From positions 434,001 to 498,000 of the forward strand of contig CP060763.1 in the NCBI GenBank assembly GCA_023205875.1: a DNA stretch of 64,000 nucleotides, in the 5' to 3' direction. Origin of the DNA: Chloropicon primus. Lineage: Eukaryota. Below are positions 45,854 through 56,227 of the stretch, piece after piece (position 1 is the stretch's first letter; each line of letters starts with the position of its first letter). Made by a program: the position numbers and the translations under genes. The notes under the pieces are model-generated. The model was not told where the DNA came from. It saw nothing but the letters and a program-made list of their open reading frames with translations, and did not search any database.

Positions 45854-46984
45854 ATGACGAGGACGGACAAGGAAGAGTATGCGGCCAAGTGCGAGGAGTT
45901 CAAGTGCGAGCCCCTGCTGAGCGTCATGCAGCAGATAGACGAGGCGGCACTGAGGGGAGAGGTGGTGTCGTCGCTGAACCTGAGAGGCATAAGCAAAACC
46001 AAGTTGAACGAGAAGGTCACGAACGTTAAACTCAGAGCGGTGGCGGAGGCGTTCACGAGGGAGCTGAAGCACCTGGACGTGTCGTACAACTTCGTGGACG
46101 ACTCGAGCTGCCAGCCCCTGATCAAGCTGCTGGAGACGAGCACGAGCCTGAAGGAGCTGGACCTCGGCGGGAACGACTTGTGCGTCCACGGCAGTCTTCT
46201 GCTGGCACAAGCCCTTTCGGACAAGGACAAGCCGCCCGTGCTGGAGGCTCTGAGCTTGCAGGGCAACCCTTTGGGGGACGAGGGCGGGTACGCGATCTCC
46301 GACTCGATGAGGAAGAACGTCAACCTGAGAGAGCTGAACTTGAATGACACTGGCATTGGGATCTCCAGCCTCATCAACGTCGCAGACGCCTTGACGAGCG
46401 ACAACCGGACGATTGAGGTGATCGAGATCGGAAACCCCAAGCTCTCGACCCTGGAGGGGGAGCACGTCCTTTACGTGGCCCGGATGCTGGCGTGCAACCC
46501 CAAGATCAGGGCCCTGAACTTGAAGAAGCACCCCCTGAGGGACACGAGCTTCACCGTCCTCCTGGAGTGCGGCTTGATGAGGAACAAGACCCTGGAGACG
46601 CTGTGCCTCAGCTGCTGCCAGATCACGTCGACGTCCGCCCCGAACATCGAGAAGCTCCTGTCCCAGAACACGTCCCTCCGGCACCTCGACCTCAGCAACA
46701 ACCCCCTGACCGACGAGGTCGCCCTGGGAATCGCCCGAGGCCTCGGGGAGGACAAGAGCCTGGAGATGATCAACTTGCAGAACTGCCGCCTCACGAATAA
46801 GGGACTCCTTGCGCTGGCGAGTGCTGCGGAAGGCGCCGAGACCCTGGCGCACATAAAGCTTTGGGGCAACCACTTTGGCCAGGAGTCCGGGGCCGCCTGG
46901 GCCAAGGTGCTGGAGGCCAAGGGGATGAAGAGCGACTTCACCACCTACGTCGTCGACGGCACCGTCCACGTCGCTGCCTGCTGA
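45854..46984 (+). CDS. LRRC34: RNI-like leucine-rich repeat protein (LRRC34-like)
   Basis: Repeats LDVSYN, LDLGGN, LSLQGN and LNLNDT; L.LWGN.F and C-terminal DF..YVVDG...VA resemble LRRC34. Confidence 0.72.
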   Translation: MTRTDKEEYAAKCEEFKCEPLLSVMQQIDEAALRGEVVSSLNLRGISKTKLNEKVTNVKLRAVAEAFTRELKHLDVSYNFVDDSSCQPLIKLLETSTSLKELDLGGNDLCVHGSLLLAQALSDKDKPPVLEALSLQGNPLGDEGGYAISDSMRKNVNLRELNLNDTGIGISSLINVADALTSDNRTIEVIEIGNPKLSTLEGEHVLYVARMLACNPKIRALNLKKHPLRDTSFTVLLECGLMRNKTLETLCLSCCQITSTSAPNIEKLLSQNTSLRHLDLSNNPLTDEVALGIARGLGEDKSLEMINLQNCRLTNKGLLALASAAEGAETLAHIKLWGNHFGQESGAAWAKVLEAKGMKSDFTTYVVDGTVHVAAC

Positions 46985-47795
46985 CGCGATAAAAGTAGCA
47001 AGCAAGCCGTGCTGGATCTTTGCCTGTCTGTCTGTCTGTTGTAATCCAAAAAAGTGTATTCTCGGTCCTGTTGTTCTGATTCCATTCCCCGCGTCATTTA
47101 TTGTCACTCACGATCGAGAAGACCGTCGTGGACTTGCTCGATGAACGAATGATCCAACACCACCACCACCAGATTGTGATGAAGCCTTCCTTCCCCTTCC
47201 TTCCTGCAAGCGTTTGGTGCCGACCCGTCATTGTCCGATCCTTCCCCTTCCTGCAAGCGTCGACCCTTCATTGTCCGATCCTTCCCCTCAGGGCTCTCTC
47301 TCTTCTCTCCGTTCTCGTTTTGTTCGACGAGAGACCGAGCGATGGGTGTCCTAAACAAGTTTCCCAAATTTACATTCTAACTCCTCAACAACTGAAATCC
47401 TGTTTTTTAGTGTACTTCAAATCCGAAGTAGTGAAACATTTCCGCCTCAAGGGGATGACGTCTCTGATCGATCGATCCATTTTCCATTTCCAGCCAACAA
47501 GGGATTTGTACACGAACGAAAAGGGCTTTCCGACCGAAGAAGAAGAAGAGAAGAAGAGAGAGCGAAGACGCCGAAGAAGAAGGAACAAGAGAGGAAGGGG
47601 AGAACCACGAACACACCGAGGTCGCTGTGGCCTAGACCCTTCGAGTACCTTGACCAGGCGCCGGGTGGAACCGTCGGCCGGTTGGGTTTGAAACGTTGTG
47701 ACGTCTTAAGCGTCGTGTGTTCGTTTCAGCTTCCTTCTTCTTCTTCATCCTTTTTTTTTTTTTTTTTTTTTTGGGTTTGGGTTTGACGCGTCGTC

Positions 47796-48786
47796 ATGGC
47801 GACGGGGAGTGTTTCGGACAGGGCGTTCTCGACGCGTGCGAAGATAGACGTGTCGGGGAGGTCGTTCCCAAGCGTCCCTGCTTTCTCGGAGGAAGTCATC
47901 TCGGAGAAGAACCCGAGACACTGGTGTGATTTGCCCGAGCACCTTCTCCTCCGTATCTTCGACTTTTTGACGCAGGACGACGAGAAGGGGAGAGACTGGG
48001 TGAGTCCGACGGAAATCGTCGCCTCGTTGCTTTTTTCTTCTTCTCTTTTTTTCTGCGCTCGAGTCTGACGCGTTCGTTCGTTCGTTCGTTGTTCTTCTCG
48101 TCCCTTCCTTCTTGCGAATAATCCTCTTTCATCATCCTCATCCTCATCCTCATCAACATCGTCTTCTCCTCCAGCTGAGCCGGGCGGGAAGGGTCTGCAA
48201 GGCTTGGCGCAGGGTCTCCAAGGACCTGCTGCTGGGAGACACGGCGGCGTCGCGACCCAAGGGAGTCCAGATGATCGCGTCCGAGGTCCACGACAACAAG
48301 ACGACCTTGGCGACGAAGGGAGACTTGGTGGAGGAGTCTGTGGTGAACTCTGCGAGTGAAGTGGAGGCGTGCAGCAAGAGGCAGAGGATAGACTCGTCCT
48401 CCCTCCACTTCCCGGCGTTCTCCGACGCGGCGGACGGAAACGCGAACTCCGGCAGGGAGGGGGGCCAGCAGGCTCACCTGCAGGACCACCTCACGGAGGT
48501 GGGTTCGCTTGCCGTCGGCTCGCTGGACGCCTCCCCGGGGCAAGCCCCGAACGCCTCCGTCTCGCAGGTGGACCCCTCGCCACAAATTTTGCAGACGGCC
48601 GTCTCCGTGGAGGTCGGCACAGGAGACAACCTGGAGGACGACCACGCCGGTGGCTGCCCTTCCAGCAACGAGGGAAAGTGCAGGAGCAGCTACCTGGGAG
48701 GGGTGAACTTCTTGAACAACATCAACAGCATCGTCAAGAACTTCAACATGGGTTCCGCCATACACCAAGTCAGTGACAGCAAGTGA
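47796..48786 (+). CDS. F-box protein with low-complexity C-terminus; exons 47796-47999, 48175-48786
   Basis: Spliced WCDLPEHLLLRIF...W|LSRAGRVCKAWRRV forms an F-box; phase-0 GTGAGT/CCAG intron. Confidence 0.75.
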
Positions 48787-48927
48787 TTGACGGGGGCGTG
48801 GGTTGCGAGAGGACGCGTACAAAACGACCTTGTCTATTGTACCATAGAGACCAGGGAGAGAGAAAAAAAAAAAACCTATGTATAAGTTATAAGCCCTTTT
48901 TGTGAAGCCATCTCTGGCTTGGCTGCG

Positions 48928-49503
48928 TCAGAGCTCCGTCTTCTGAGACGCGCCCTCTCGGCACTGGGGAGCCACCAGCCCCAGGAAGGCGGCCACGAAA
49001 CCCCCTTTCTGCTTGTTTCCCACCCAATCCTCCCCCTTGAGGAGGTCTGTGATGCTGTCCTCGTGGTCGTCCACGATCGCGAAACAGTGGTTGCCCAATA
49101 CCGTCGCCATCTCCTCCTTGGCGTGCTTGTGGGGAAACTGCTTCTCCGCGAGGTCCTCGTACTCCGGACTCCGGCCCACCACGACCCAGCTTGGCTCCCC
49201 GTCCTCCCTCCTGAGAGGCAGAGCCACCGGTAGCTTCTCACAAAAGTCCTCCAGGAGCTCGACGTACCTCAACTCGCTGTCCTTGTAAGCTATCTTCCGC
49301 CCAAGCCTCCCCCCTTTGCTGTCCAACCGATGCGTCAGGTCAAGCTCCTTGGTGCCTGTCTCAGCCTCTAGCCTCGACCAAAGCTTCTCCGCAATAATCG
49401 CATTTGCTGAGCACTTTGACTCTATCCCAAGAGCAACGCCTAATCCAGCGAGCAGCAGGAGGAGAACCAAGGAACCCCCCTGGATCCGACATCCCGCACT
49501 CAT
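48928..49503 (-). CDS. Canopy/Seele-like ER saposin-fold protein (DUF3456)
   Basis: Signal peptide, LD...RLDSKG.R.G..I.Y..SELR.VELLE..C, C..IVD.HED, C-terminal KTEL retention signal. Confidence 0.82.
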   Translation of the reverse strand: MSAGCRIQGGSLVLLLLLAGLGVALGIESKCSANAIIAEKLWSRLEAETGTKELDLTHRLDSKGGRLGRKIAYKDSELRYVELLEDFCEKLPVALPLRREDGEPSWVVVGRSPEYEDLAEKQFPHKHAKEEMATVLGNHCFAIVDDHEDSITDLLKGEDWVGNKQKGGFVAAFLGLVAPQCREGASQKTEL

Positions 49504-49663
49504 GACTCCCTTCCTCGAGGAGTGGTTCCCCTCAACCACTTCCTGCGCCGGGCGACCCCGTATGAAGTGAAATGAAGTGAAGTGAAGTGAAGTGTCCTTT
49601 CACAGGCTCTCAGCAGCTTGCAACTTTTGTCCACCTTTCTGGCCACTCAGAACGTCAGTGTCG

Positions 49664-49977
49664 ACAAATGAGGGATCACACGAAAGATCTCGAGACCTAG
49701 TTTTGTGTTATGATAATGCTCGCTCGTGATTGTGCCCCTCTCGTCGTCCACCTCCTCGTCGTCGGTCCTTCCTGCTGGCCTTGAGCTGCTCCGAGGTGCA
49801 GGGATCCCAGGGACAATCTCCATCGAATCGAAATGGTCGAGCAAAGGCGGTGGCTGCAGGAGCAAGGTGGTGAGTCATCGATTGGTCCAGGTGCCAACGA
49901 CGAGGAATGAGACCGAGCAGGAGGTCGTCACAATCGTTGTCGTCGTCTCAAGCTCTTTCGAAAGTGCCCGGACTTGA
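49664..49977. promoter_or_regulatory. Divergent pair of CTTTC elements in the Canopy / GT29 bidirectional promoter (49664-49686 minus, 49955-49977 plus)
   Basis: GTCTCGAGATCTTTCGTGTGATCCCTCATTTGT (minus) and GTCTCAAGCTCTTTCGAAAGTGCCCGGACTTGA (plus), 269 bp apart. Confidence 0.55.
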
Positions 49978-50246
49978 AAGGAATGACGTGATGGTGAGGA
50001 TTGGGTCGAAGCCTAATACCCCTGTTTCCTTTGTTTGATTGGACGAGCAGTGTGTTGTAGGCGAGAGAAGGAGGCGAGAGAAGGAAGCAAGTCGCCGGCA
50101 TCGTCCACGTGCAAGGCATTTGCATCTGGGTGAGCTGCGAGGAGAGTCCCTGCCGCACAAGGAGGCGTGGAAGTATGCAGGTCCGGCGGTGATTGAAGAG
50201 GGAAGGGAACAGACAATATCAGTCGGTGCGAGGACTACTGAACGCC

Positions 50247-51923
50247 ATGGACATGGATTCGAGGAAGGAGATGGAGGAGCGGATCAAGATCCTGGAGGAT
50301 GCGGTGAGAAAGTCGAATGAGGAAGGCAAAGCGAGGTGGTCCTCCATGCTGAAGGTTGCAGCGGTCTGTGTCGTTCTCATCATCATTGTCCTGATACTCC
50401 TAGGTCCGCTCCTGCCAGCGGTGTACACCTTGGAGTATGTCGCCAAGGGAGGCGCATTCAAAGACCAAGGGGTGGTTCCCGGTGCAGCAGCAAAGATGCC
50501 AGGGAGTGGTCATGGGTCCCCACCGGCGGAAGCGTCCCCGCCACTGGTGGAGCCACAACCTGCGCCACCGAAGAAGGGCGGCAAGCGCAAGGGAGGGAAG
50601 GCGAAGGCGAGCCAGGTGGCTGGCTCGGCAGAAACTCGAGGCGGTCCTGCCAATGCACAGAAGGAGGCGGCCATCGGTGGGGGAGACGGTGGAGCTGGTG
50701 ATTCCGCAAAGCCAGCGCCTGAGCTCAAAGAGGGCCAGCAGGAGGAGGTCAGTGACCGCCTGAAGCAACAAAGGGAAGTTTGCCTCGGTGCCCCATACCC
50801 GGTGATCTTCGGAGACGGCGGAGCGACGAGAGATATCGCGTTCAAGGCGTACGCCAGCACGAGGAGCTCGAGGGGCTACTTGAGAAACAACAAGCTCGAT
50901 CCGGTCTTGGTCGCCGTGGAGAACGAGAAGAAGGGGGGAGGCAGGGGGTTGCAGGGAAAGGCAGACAGCTTGCCCCTGAGGCCATTCTGCGGCAGGAGAA
51001 GGAGGCCGGTCACGGGGAATTTGGAGGAGCTCACCGAGTGCCTCATGACCCCGGACAAGTGCACGCCTGCCAAGCAGGCCAACGCCACGGTGCAGCTGAA
51101 CAAGGTCAGCGCGATCAAGCAGTACCTTCCGCAGAAGGGGCTCCCCAAGTGCCTCACCGTGAACAAGGCTTGCGGGGTGAGGCCGAGAGACTTGACGTCG
51201 GCGAAGGAGAGCGGCAAAAAGATCGGACCCAAGGCGGGGGAGAGGATAGTGAGGAAGCAGCCCGACGAGGACATCAGCAGAAGCATGAAGACGTGCGCCA
51301 TCGTCGCCAACGGCCCTGGCTTGTACGCGGGGGGGATCGGGGAGGCCATTGATGCCCACGACGTAGTCATCAAGATGAACCTGTACCACCTCGGGCAGCG
51401 GCCCGGGAAGTTCCAGGAGCTGGACAAGAGCGCCAGCCTCTACTCGGGGACGAAGAGCTCGATCCGGATGTTCAACGCCAAGAGGGCGGAGGACGCCCTC
51501 AAGTACACGATGATGCCCTCTGCGAACGAGACTTGGATCTACTGGCACTACAGGACGGCAATGTCGCTCGACGCGCTGATCAAGGTGAACCCCAACTCGA
51601 GGTTCTTGTCCCCGCAGCACTTGGACCGCATGATCGAGCTCTACTTTGCGTTCAGGACTCTGGTGATCCAAATCGCGAAAATCAGGAGGACCAAGTGCCC
51701 GATCAACCTGTCCACCGGCATCCACTCCGTCCTCACGTACATCCACACCTGCGACCGAGTCAACCTTTTCGGCTTCAGCACGAGGTGGAGCGACATGACC
51801 GGGAGGGGCAGAAGGGACGAGGTCATCAGCTCGAGAATGAGCAGGTCCCACGACTGGAACGTGGACGTCATGATCCTCAACCTGCTGGCCATCTCCGGCA
51901 AGATCAACTTCTGCACGCAGTGA
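50247..51923 (+). CDS. GT29 sialyltransferase-like type II membrane glycosyltransferase
   Basis: N-terminal TM, stem region, L-motif TCAIVANG...G.AIDAHDVVIKMN, S-motif LSTG.......CDRVNLFGF, VS-like HDWNVD. Confidence 0.85.
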   Translation: MDMDSRKEMEERIKILEDAVRKSNEEGKARWSSMLKVAAVCVVLIIIVLILLGPLLPAVYTLEYVAKGGAFKDQGVVPGAAAKMPGSGHGSPPAEASPPLVEPQPAPPKKGGKRKGGKAKASQVAGSAETRGGPANAQKEAAIGGGDGGAGDSAKPAPELKEGQQEEVSDRLKQQREVCLGAPYPVIFGDGGATRDIAFKAYASTRSSRGYLRNNKLDPVLVAVENEKKGGGRGLQGKADSLPLRPFCGRRRRPVTGNLEELTECLMTPDKCTPAKQANATVQLNKVSAIKQYLPQKGLPKCLTVNKACGVRPRDLTSAKESGKKIGPKAGERIVRKQPDEDISRSMKTCAIVANGPGLYAGGIGEAIDAHDVVIKMNLYHLGQRPGKFQELDKSASLYSGTKSSIRMFNAKRAEDALKYTMMPSANETWIYWHYRTAMSLDALIKVNPNSRFLSPQHLDRMIELYFAFRTLVIQIAKIRRTKCPINLSTGIHSVLTYIHTCDRVNLFGFSTRWSDMTGRGRRDEVISSRMSRSHDWNVDVMILNLLAISGKINFCTQ

Positions 51924-52232
51924 TCGACCCCCACCCGACTATAGAACTGACTTGCCTTGCCTTTTGTACGAGTACTAATGAACGAATGAATATATTATAT
52001 TTTTTTTTTCGGGGTTTAGCTTTGAGAAACCCCTCCCCCTCGCCGGTACCGGTTGCCCAGCCACTTCTCTCTCTCTCTCTCTCCCGCCCCAGAGCGCCCC
52101 ATTCAAATTCCGCGGAGGCGTTACACGAGGCGTTGACTCTCGCTCTCGACGGCGGTTGTTGAGCGAAAGGGAGGGAAGCGGAGGGAAGAGCACGCGCGCA
52201 GGTGGGAGAGAGCACGCACGCGCGTCGTCAAC

Positions 52233-53093
52233 ATGGTTTGCTGCATCGACAAGTTTTGCTGCGAGTGGATCTTGCGCGTGCTGAATCTGATAGCGGCGCT
52301 GGCCGGGCTGTTCCTTTTGGGATGCGGTCTCTATCTCGAGTTCGGGGGGGCGACGAGCTCGAGCGAGCTCTTGGAGTTTCTCAAGCTTCACGACATCCAG
52401 GAGGTGTTCCGCGTGGCAGCCCGGTATCCGATCTGGATGATAGTGCTGGGCGCGGTCATCTTCGTCGTGGCGCTCGTTTCCGTGTTCTGCACCGGGGCGA
52501 GTTGCTCGAACTGCTATTACTGCGTGTACTCGCCGGTGCTCATGCTCTGCTCCGCCGCGATCATTTTCGGAGCCGTCATCCTGCACTTGGCCGCGAAGAC
52601 GACGGCGTCCTCCGATTTCCAGGAGATCAAGATACTCGGCTACGACTTGAACGAGAGGCTCGTGCTGCTCTGGGCCCAGGGGGTGATGGAAGATACGCAG
52701 ACGATGTGCGAGCTCCAGGAAGTCGTCCAATGCAGCGGGTTTTACGATGGCCAGTGCCTGGTGCCGCCGACGAATTTCACGGAGGTGCAAGTCATCACGG
52801 GATGCCCCGCCCAGAGGGAGCTGCACAAGGCCACAGGGTCGCTTCAGACTCCATCGACGATCACCAACCAGACGATGGAAGCGATAAGCGAAGAGGTTGG
52901 GTACAACGTTGGAAAGTGCCTCTACTACGAAACCAGCAACGTTGAATTCGGGTGCCTTAGGACGCTCGCAGAAATACTGTACCAGGTTGGCAACGTTCTC
53001 TTCATCCCCGGTCTCGTCATTGGCGGGTACTGCTTCGTCCTCTCACTAGTCGCCTCTTATCTCACTTGCTGCACGCTCTGCGGCAAAGTTTGA
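52233..53093 (+). CDS. Tetraspanin-like protein
   Basis: Three N-terminal TMs, Cys-rich large loop (LQEVVQCSG...GC...GC), fourth TM. Confidence 0.75.
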   Translation: MVCCIDKFCCEWILRVLNLIAALAGLFLLGCGLYLEFGGATSSSELLEFLKLHDIQEVFRVAARYPIWMIVLGAVIFVVALVSVFCTGASCSNCYYCVYSPVLMLCSAAIIFGAVILHLAAKTTASSDFQEIKILGYDLNERLVLLWAQGVMEDTQTMCELQEVVQCSGFYDGQCLVPPTNFTEVQVITGCPAQRELHKATGSLQTPSTITNQTMEAISEEVGYNVGKCLYYETSNVEFGCLRTLAEILYQVGNVLFIPGLVIGGYCFVLSLVASYLTCCTLCGKV

Positions 53094-53178
53094 AGCAAGG
53101 AACTTATAAAATATACGGCAAATACATTACATAATAGATTGGTGGTACACACTGTTGAACAAGATAATTTCACATCGT

Positions 53179-55521
53179 TTACATGACTCCGCCGTAGTTT
53201 TGCTCGACGCTTTTCTGGATCAGCACTTCCGCCGCCTCCAGTTCGCTGCCTACCATCTTGACCTGGTACGCTCCGGGATTCCTCCTCACGAGCCGAATGG
53301 CTTTCAGCAGCCTCCCCAGCTTCTCGAGGTCTCCCTCAGCCCTTTCCGAGACGTATCGAACCAAGGCTTTCTCCTCCGCTGCCGCCGCTGAAATGATTTC
53401 ACAGACCTCAAAGACGTACCTCGCCGAATCTATCGATCGGTGGAGCTTCCGCTCAGCCTCTGAAACAGGAGGCGGCAGGTCAGGACCTGGATCTGGCCGG
53501 GGCTCGTTGCCACTGCCTCCGGCCTGCCTTGTGTGCTTCCTTTGACGCCCGGAGTGACCTCCCGACGCTTGCGCAAAAAACAACTTCCTCTTCGATTGCT
53601 CACGCTCCCTCGCCTTGATCATTGAGAGGATGTACTTTTGCTCGTTGATGTCAATATCAGAAAGCCTGACGTTTTCGTCGGGAGCAATTTCTTTCAAGCG
53701 CGGCTCCCTCTTTCTGCTCGCTTGCTTGAGACTTTCTTGAACATCCGGCTGGATCGTCCTCTTCCTGGCCCCCATCTGAACCTCATCCAACTTTGTGATT
53801 TGGATGCCAATACCCCTGATCTCGCGTGGGTCCACCCCCAGTTTGAACAGAAGGCCGACGGCCTCCTTCGCAATGACGGCGTTGTCGTCAACAGAGCAGG
53901 CCAGCGTGATGCTCCTGCTGATGTTATCGCACCAGCCGTGTCCCAAAAATTTCGACGGAGGTGGCGCATTGGGCTTCCTGAGCTTCAGCTTCAGAGTGAT
54001 GGACCGACCCTTCGTGTGGCTCTGCTCCAAACGCCTCTGAACTTCTTCAGAAAGCTTCTCCAAGGTCTTGATGGCGTCTTGGTTGCTGGTGAAGCGAATC
54101 CCCCAATTGATTTCTGCTCCAACCGTCTGCCGTTTCGCTTCTGACTTCACGGCCCTCGAGTCTCTCCCGTGAGAATACTCCCAAATCAGCTCACCCGTCT
54201 TTGAGCCAAAAGCTTGTTGCAGGATCTGCTTGGACCGCAGCCACACGTCTGAGCAGTGGAGCATGCCCATCTCTGCGAGCTTCTTGCTGGACTTGTACCC
54301 CACGCCTGGAATCTCCTTCACGGGCAGCTCTTTCATGAATTCCTTGGAGGTCTCCACCCGGATGAAGAACGTCCCATCCGGCTTTGCTTGGTTCGTAGCG
54401 ATCTTTGCGAGCAGCATGTTGTGAGACGCTCCCGTGGAGACCCTCAACCCAGTCTCCTTGTGGAACTGACTCCTGATCCTATCGCAGATCGAAAGGGAGT
54501 CGCCGAGCCCACTGATGTCCGCGTACGCCTCGTCGATGGACACGGGCTGCACACAGGCAGAGTACTGCAGCAAGATCCGATACAGGACGGCCGAAGCGCC
54601 CTGGTACTTTTCAAAGTAGTATGGAGCATGGACCAGGCCCGGGCACAGCTCTTTCGCGGCGCTGAAGTACATCCCAGCTTTCACTCCAAACTTCCTGGCC
54701 TCGTACGAGCACGAAGAGATCTCAGCAGTTCCCTTTGAGGAGTCGGAGTGGCACACGGCCACCGGCTTCCCTTCGAGGGACGGGTCGACGCTGACAGCGA
54801 CGGAAGCAAAGAAGCAATCGATGTCAACGTGAATGATCTGCCTCTCCGTGCTCTGGACCCTCTTTGGCCTCGGAGGATTCAGCGCAGCTGCTGCAGACAT
54901 CACCGCGTCAATGTTCGCCTTCCAGGACCCGATAAAGTGCAGCCTGCTGTTTTTGAAGAAGCTGTCCACGTTATTCAGCAGGTCCCTCTCCCTCTTCCCG
55001 GGGGAGGGACGACCCTCCACTTGAGCGCTACAGCTTGGCTTGCCCCCCTGCCGATCACCCACCGCGCCCCTCGGCCGCCTTGGCAGCTGCAGAACCTTCT
55101 GGTTTGGTTCCAACCGTATCCTTTGAAGCACAAAGCCAGAAAAATCAAGCAAACGTTTCGCTCGTATTGACTCCATGATCCAGTCCGGGTGGACAACGGG
55201 AACGGGGTTTCTCTCCTTCTGGTACTGCTTCAGCTTCGCATCCGTAAGGTTGCTGCAGATGATGTGCGTCACCCTGGTGTTCGAAAAGTAGTTCTCAAAA
55301 CCTCCACCCCACTGGATCATCAGCTCCTTCAGCTCCGTGTGCGAAGGCTTCGTGTACCCGTTGACGTGAATCGTCACCCCCTTGAAGATTCCCCCCTCGC
55401 CACCGACCTTCCGCCTCTCGAACTGCACCCTAAGCTTCTCTTGCTTGGCATTCATGTAAGCCCTGAAGCTCCCGTTGTGCTCAGGTATAACCCAGTCTCT
55501 TGTGTTGTCCTTCAGTTCCAT
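53179..55521 (-). CDS. REV1: DNA repair protein REV1 (BRCT + Y-family polymerase)
   Basis: G.F..YM.AK..KL, BRCT (VNGYTKP, THIICSNL), SRLHFIG.WK, HVDIDCFF, SCSYEAR, SIDEA, KFLGHG.CD. Confidence 0.95.
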   Translation of the reverse strand: MELKDNTRDWVIPEHNGSFRAYMNAKQEKLRVQFERRKVGGEGGIFKGVTIHVNGYTKPSHTELKELMIQWGGGFENYFSNTRVTHIICSNLTDAKLKQYQKERNPVPVVHPDWIMESIRAKRLLDFSGFVLQRIRLEPNQKVLQLPRRPRGAVGDRQGGKPSCSAQVEGRPSPGKRERDLLNNVDSFFKNSRLHFIGSWKANIDAVMSAAAALNPPRPKRVQSTERQIIHVDIDCFFASVAVSVDPSLEGKPVAVCHSDSSKGTAEISSCSYEARKFGVKAGMYFSAAKELCPGLVHAPYYFEKYQGASAVLYRILLQYSACVQPVSIDEAYADISGLGDSLSICDRIRSQFHKETGLRVSTGASHNMLLAKIATNQAKPDGTFFIRVETSKEFMKELPVKEIPGVGYKSSKKLAEMGMLHCSDVWLRSKQILQQAFGSKTGELIWEYSHGRDSRAVKSEAKRQTVGAEINWGIRFTSNQDAIKTLEKLSEEVQRRLEQSHTKGRSITLKLKLRKPNAPPPSKFLGHGWCDNISRSITLACSVDDNAVIAKEAVGLLFKLGVDPREIRGIGIQITKLDEVQMGARKRTIQPDVQESLKQASRKREPRLKEIAPDENVRLSDIDINEQKYILSMIKAREREQSKRKLFFAQASGGHSGRQRKHTRQAGGSGNEPRPDPGPDLPPPVSEAERKLHRSIDSARYVFEVCEIISAAAAEEKALVRYVSERAEGDLEKLGRLLKAIRLVRRNPGAYQVKMVGSELEAAEVLIQKSVEQNYGGVM

Positions 55522-55863
55522 CTTCTTCCGTCCTTGGTCGCTTCCTTCTTCTGATCGAGACAAGTACGACGAAAGGGGCAGAGGAGGAGGGAGAGACCAG
55601 TCGCCCTCCTCCTCCCTCCCCTCCTCCTCCTCCTCCTCGCCACCGCCGAGGCTCATCCAAGAGTGACGACTCCCCTCTCTCTCTCTCTTGAGGCGACCCT
55701 TTGCTCTTTCTCTTCTGGTGGATTTCTCCCTTCCGCTGAATCATAACGGGCGAGCACGAGGGCGAACGAGCACGAGAGAGAGAGAAAAGAAGAGGACGGG
55801 AACGCGCAGCGGAGAAAGAGGGAGAGACAGGGGACAGGTCAGACAGAAGTGTCGCACCTTGCG

Positions 55864-56070
55864 CTTTCGAAAGAGCCGTCGCTCGAAAGAAACAACGCAG
55901 TGGTGAGGATCTGAGGACGCGAAACGGGACAGAGGCAGAAAGAGATCGAGGAGTAGATCACCGAGGAAGGGAGGCGACTACGAGGGCAGGAGTTTGTGCC
56001 GGACGTTTCTCTCTGGTGACGCGCTGACGAAATGATTGTCTCTCGCTCATTCGAACGAGCCCTCGCGCGA
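55864..56070 (+). promoter_or_regulatory. Two CTTTC elements pointing away from REV1 (55864-55886, 56048-56070)
   Basis: CTTTCGAAAGAGCCGTCGCTCGA and ACGAAATGATTGTCTCTCGCTCATTCGAACGAGCCCTCGCGCGA, 184 bp apart. Confidence 0.55.
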
Positions 56071-56227
56071 CAAGAAGGACCCAGTGGTGGGGATCATCTG
56101 AGGAGCACGGACACAAGGACGTGAAGATGGCGGTGACAAGGAGAGCGAGAAAGAGGCAGACGATTGAGCCCAAAGACGCGCTGATAGTATTACAGTTACG
56201 ATGTTTCGGAAAAACTTAAAACTTTTA

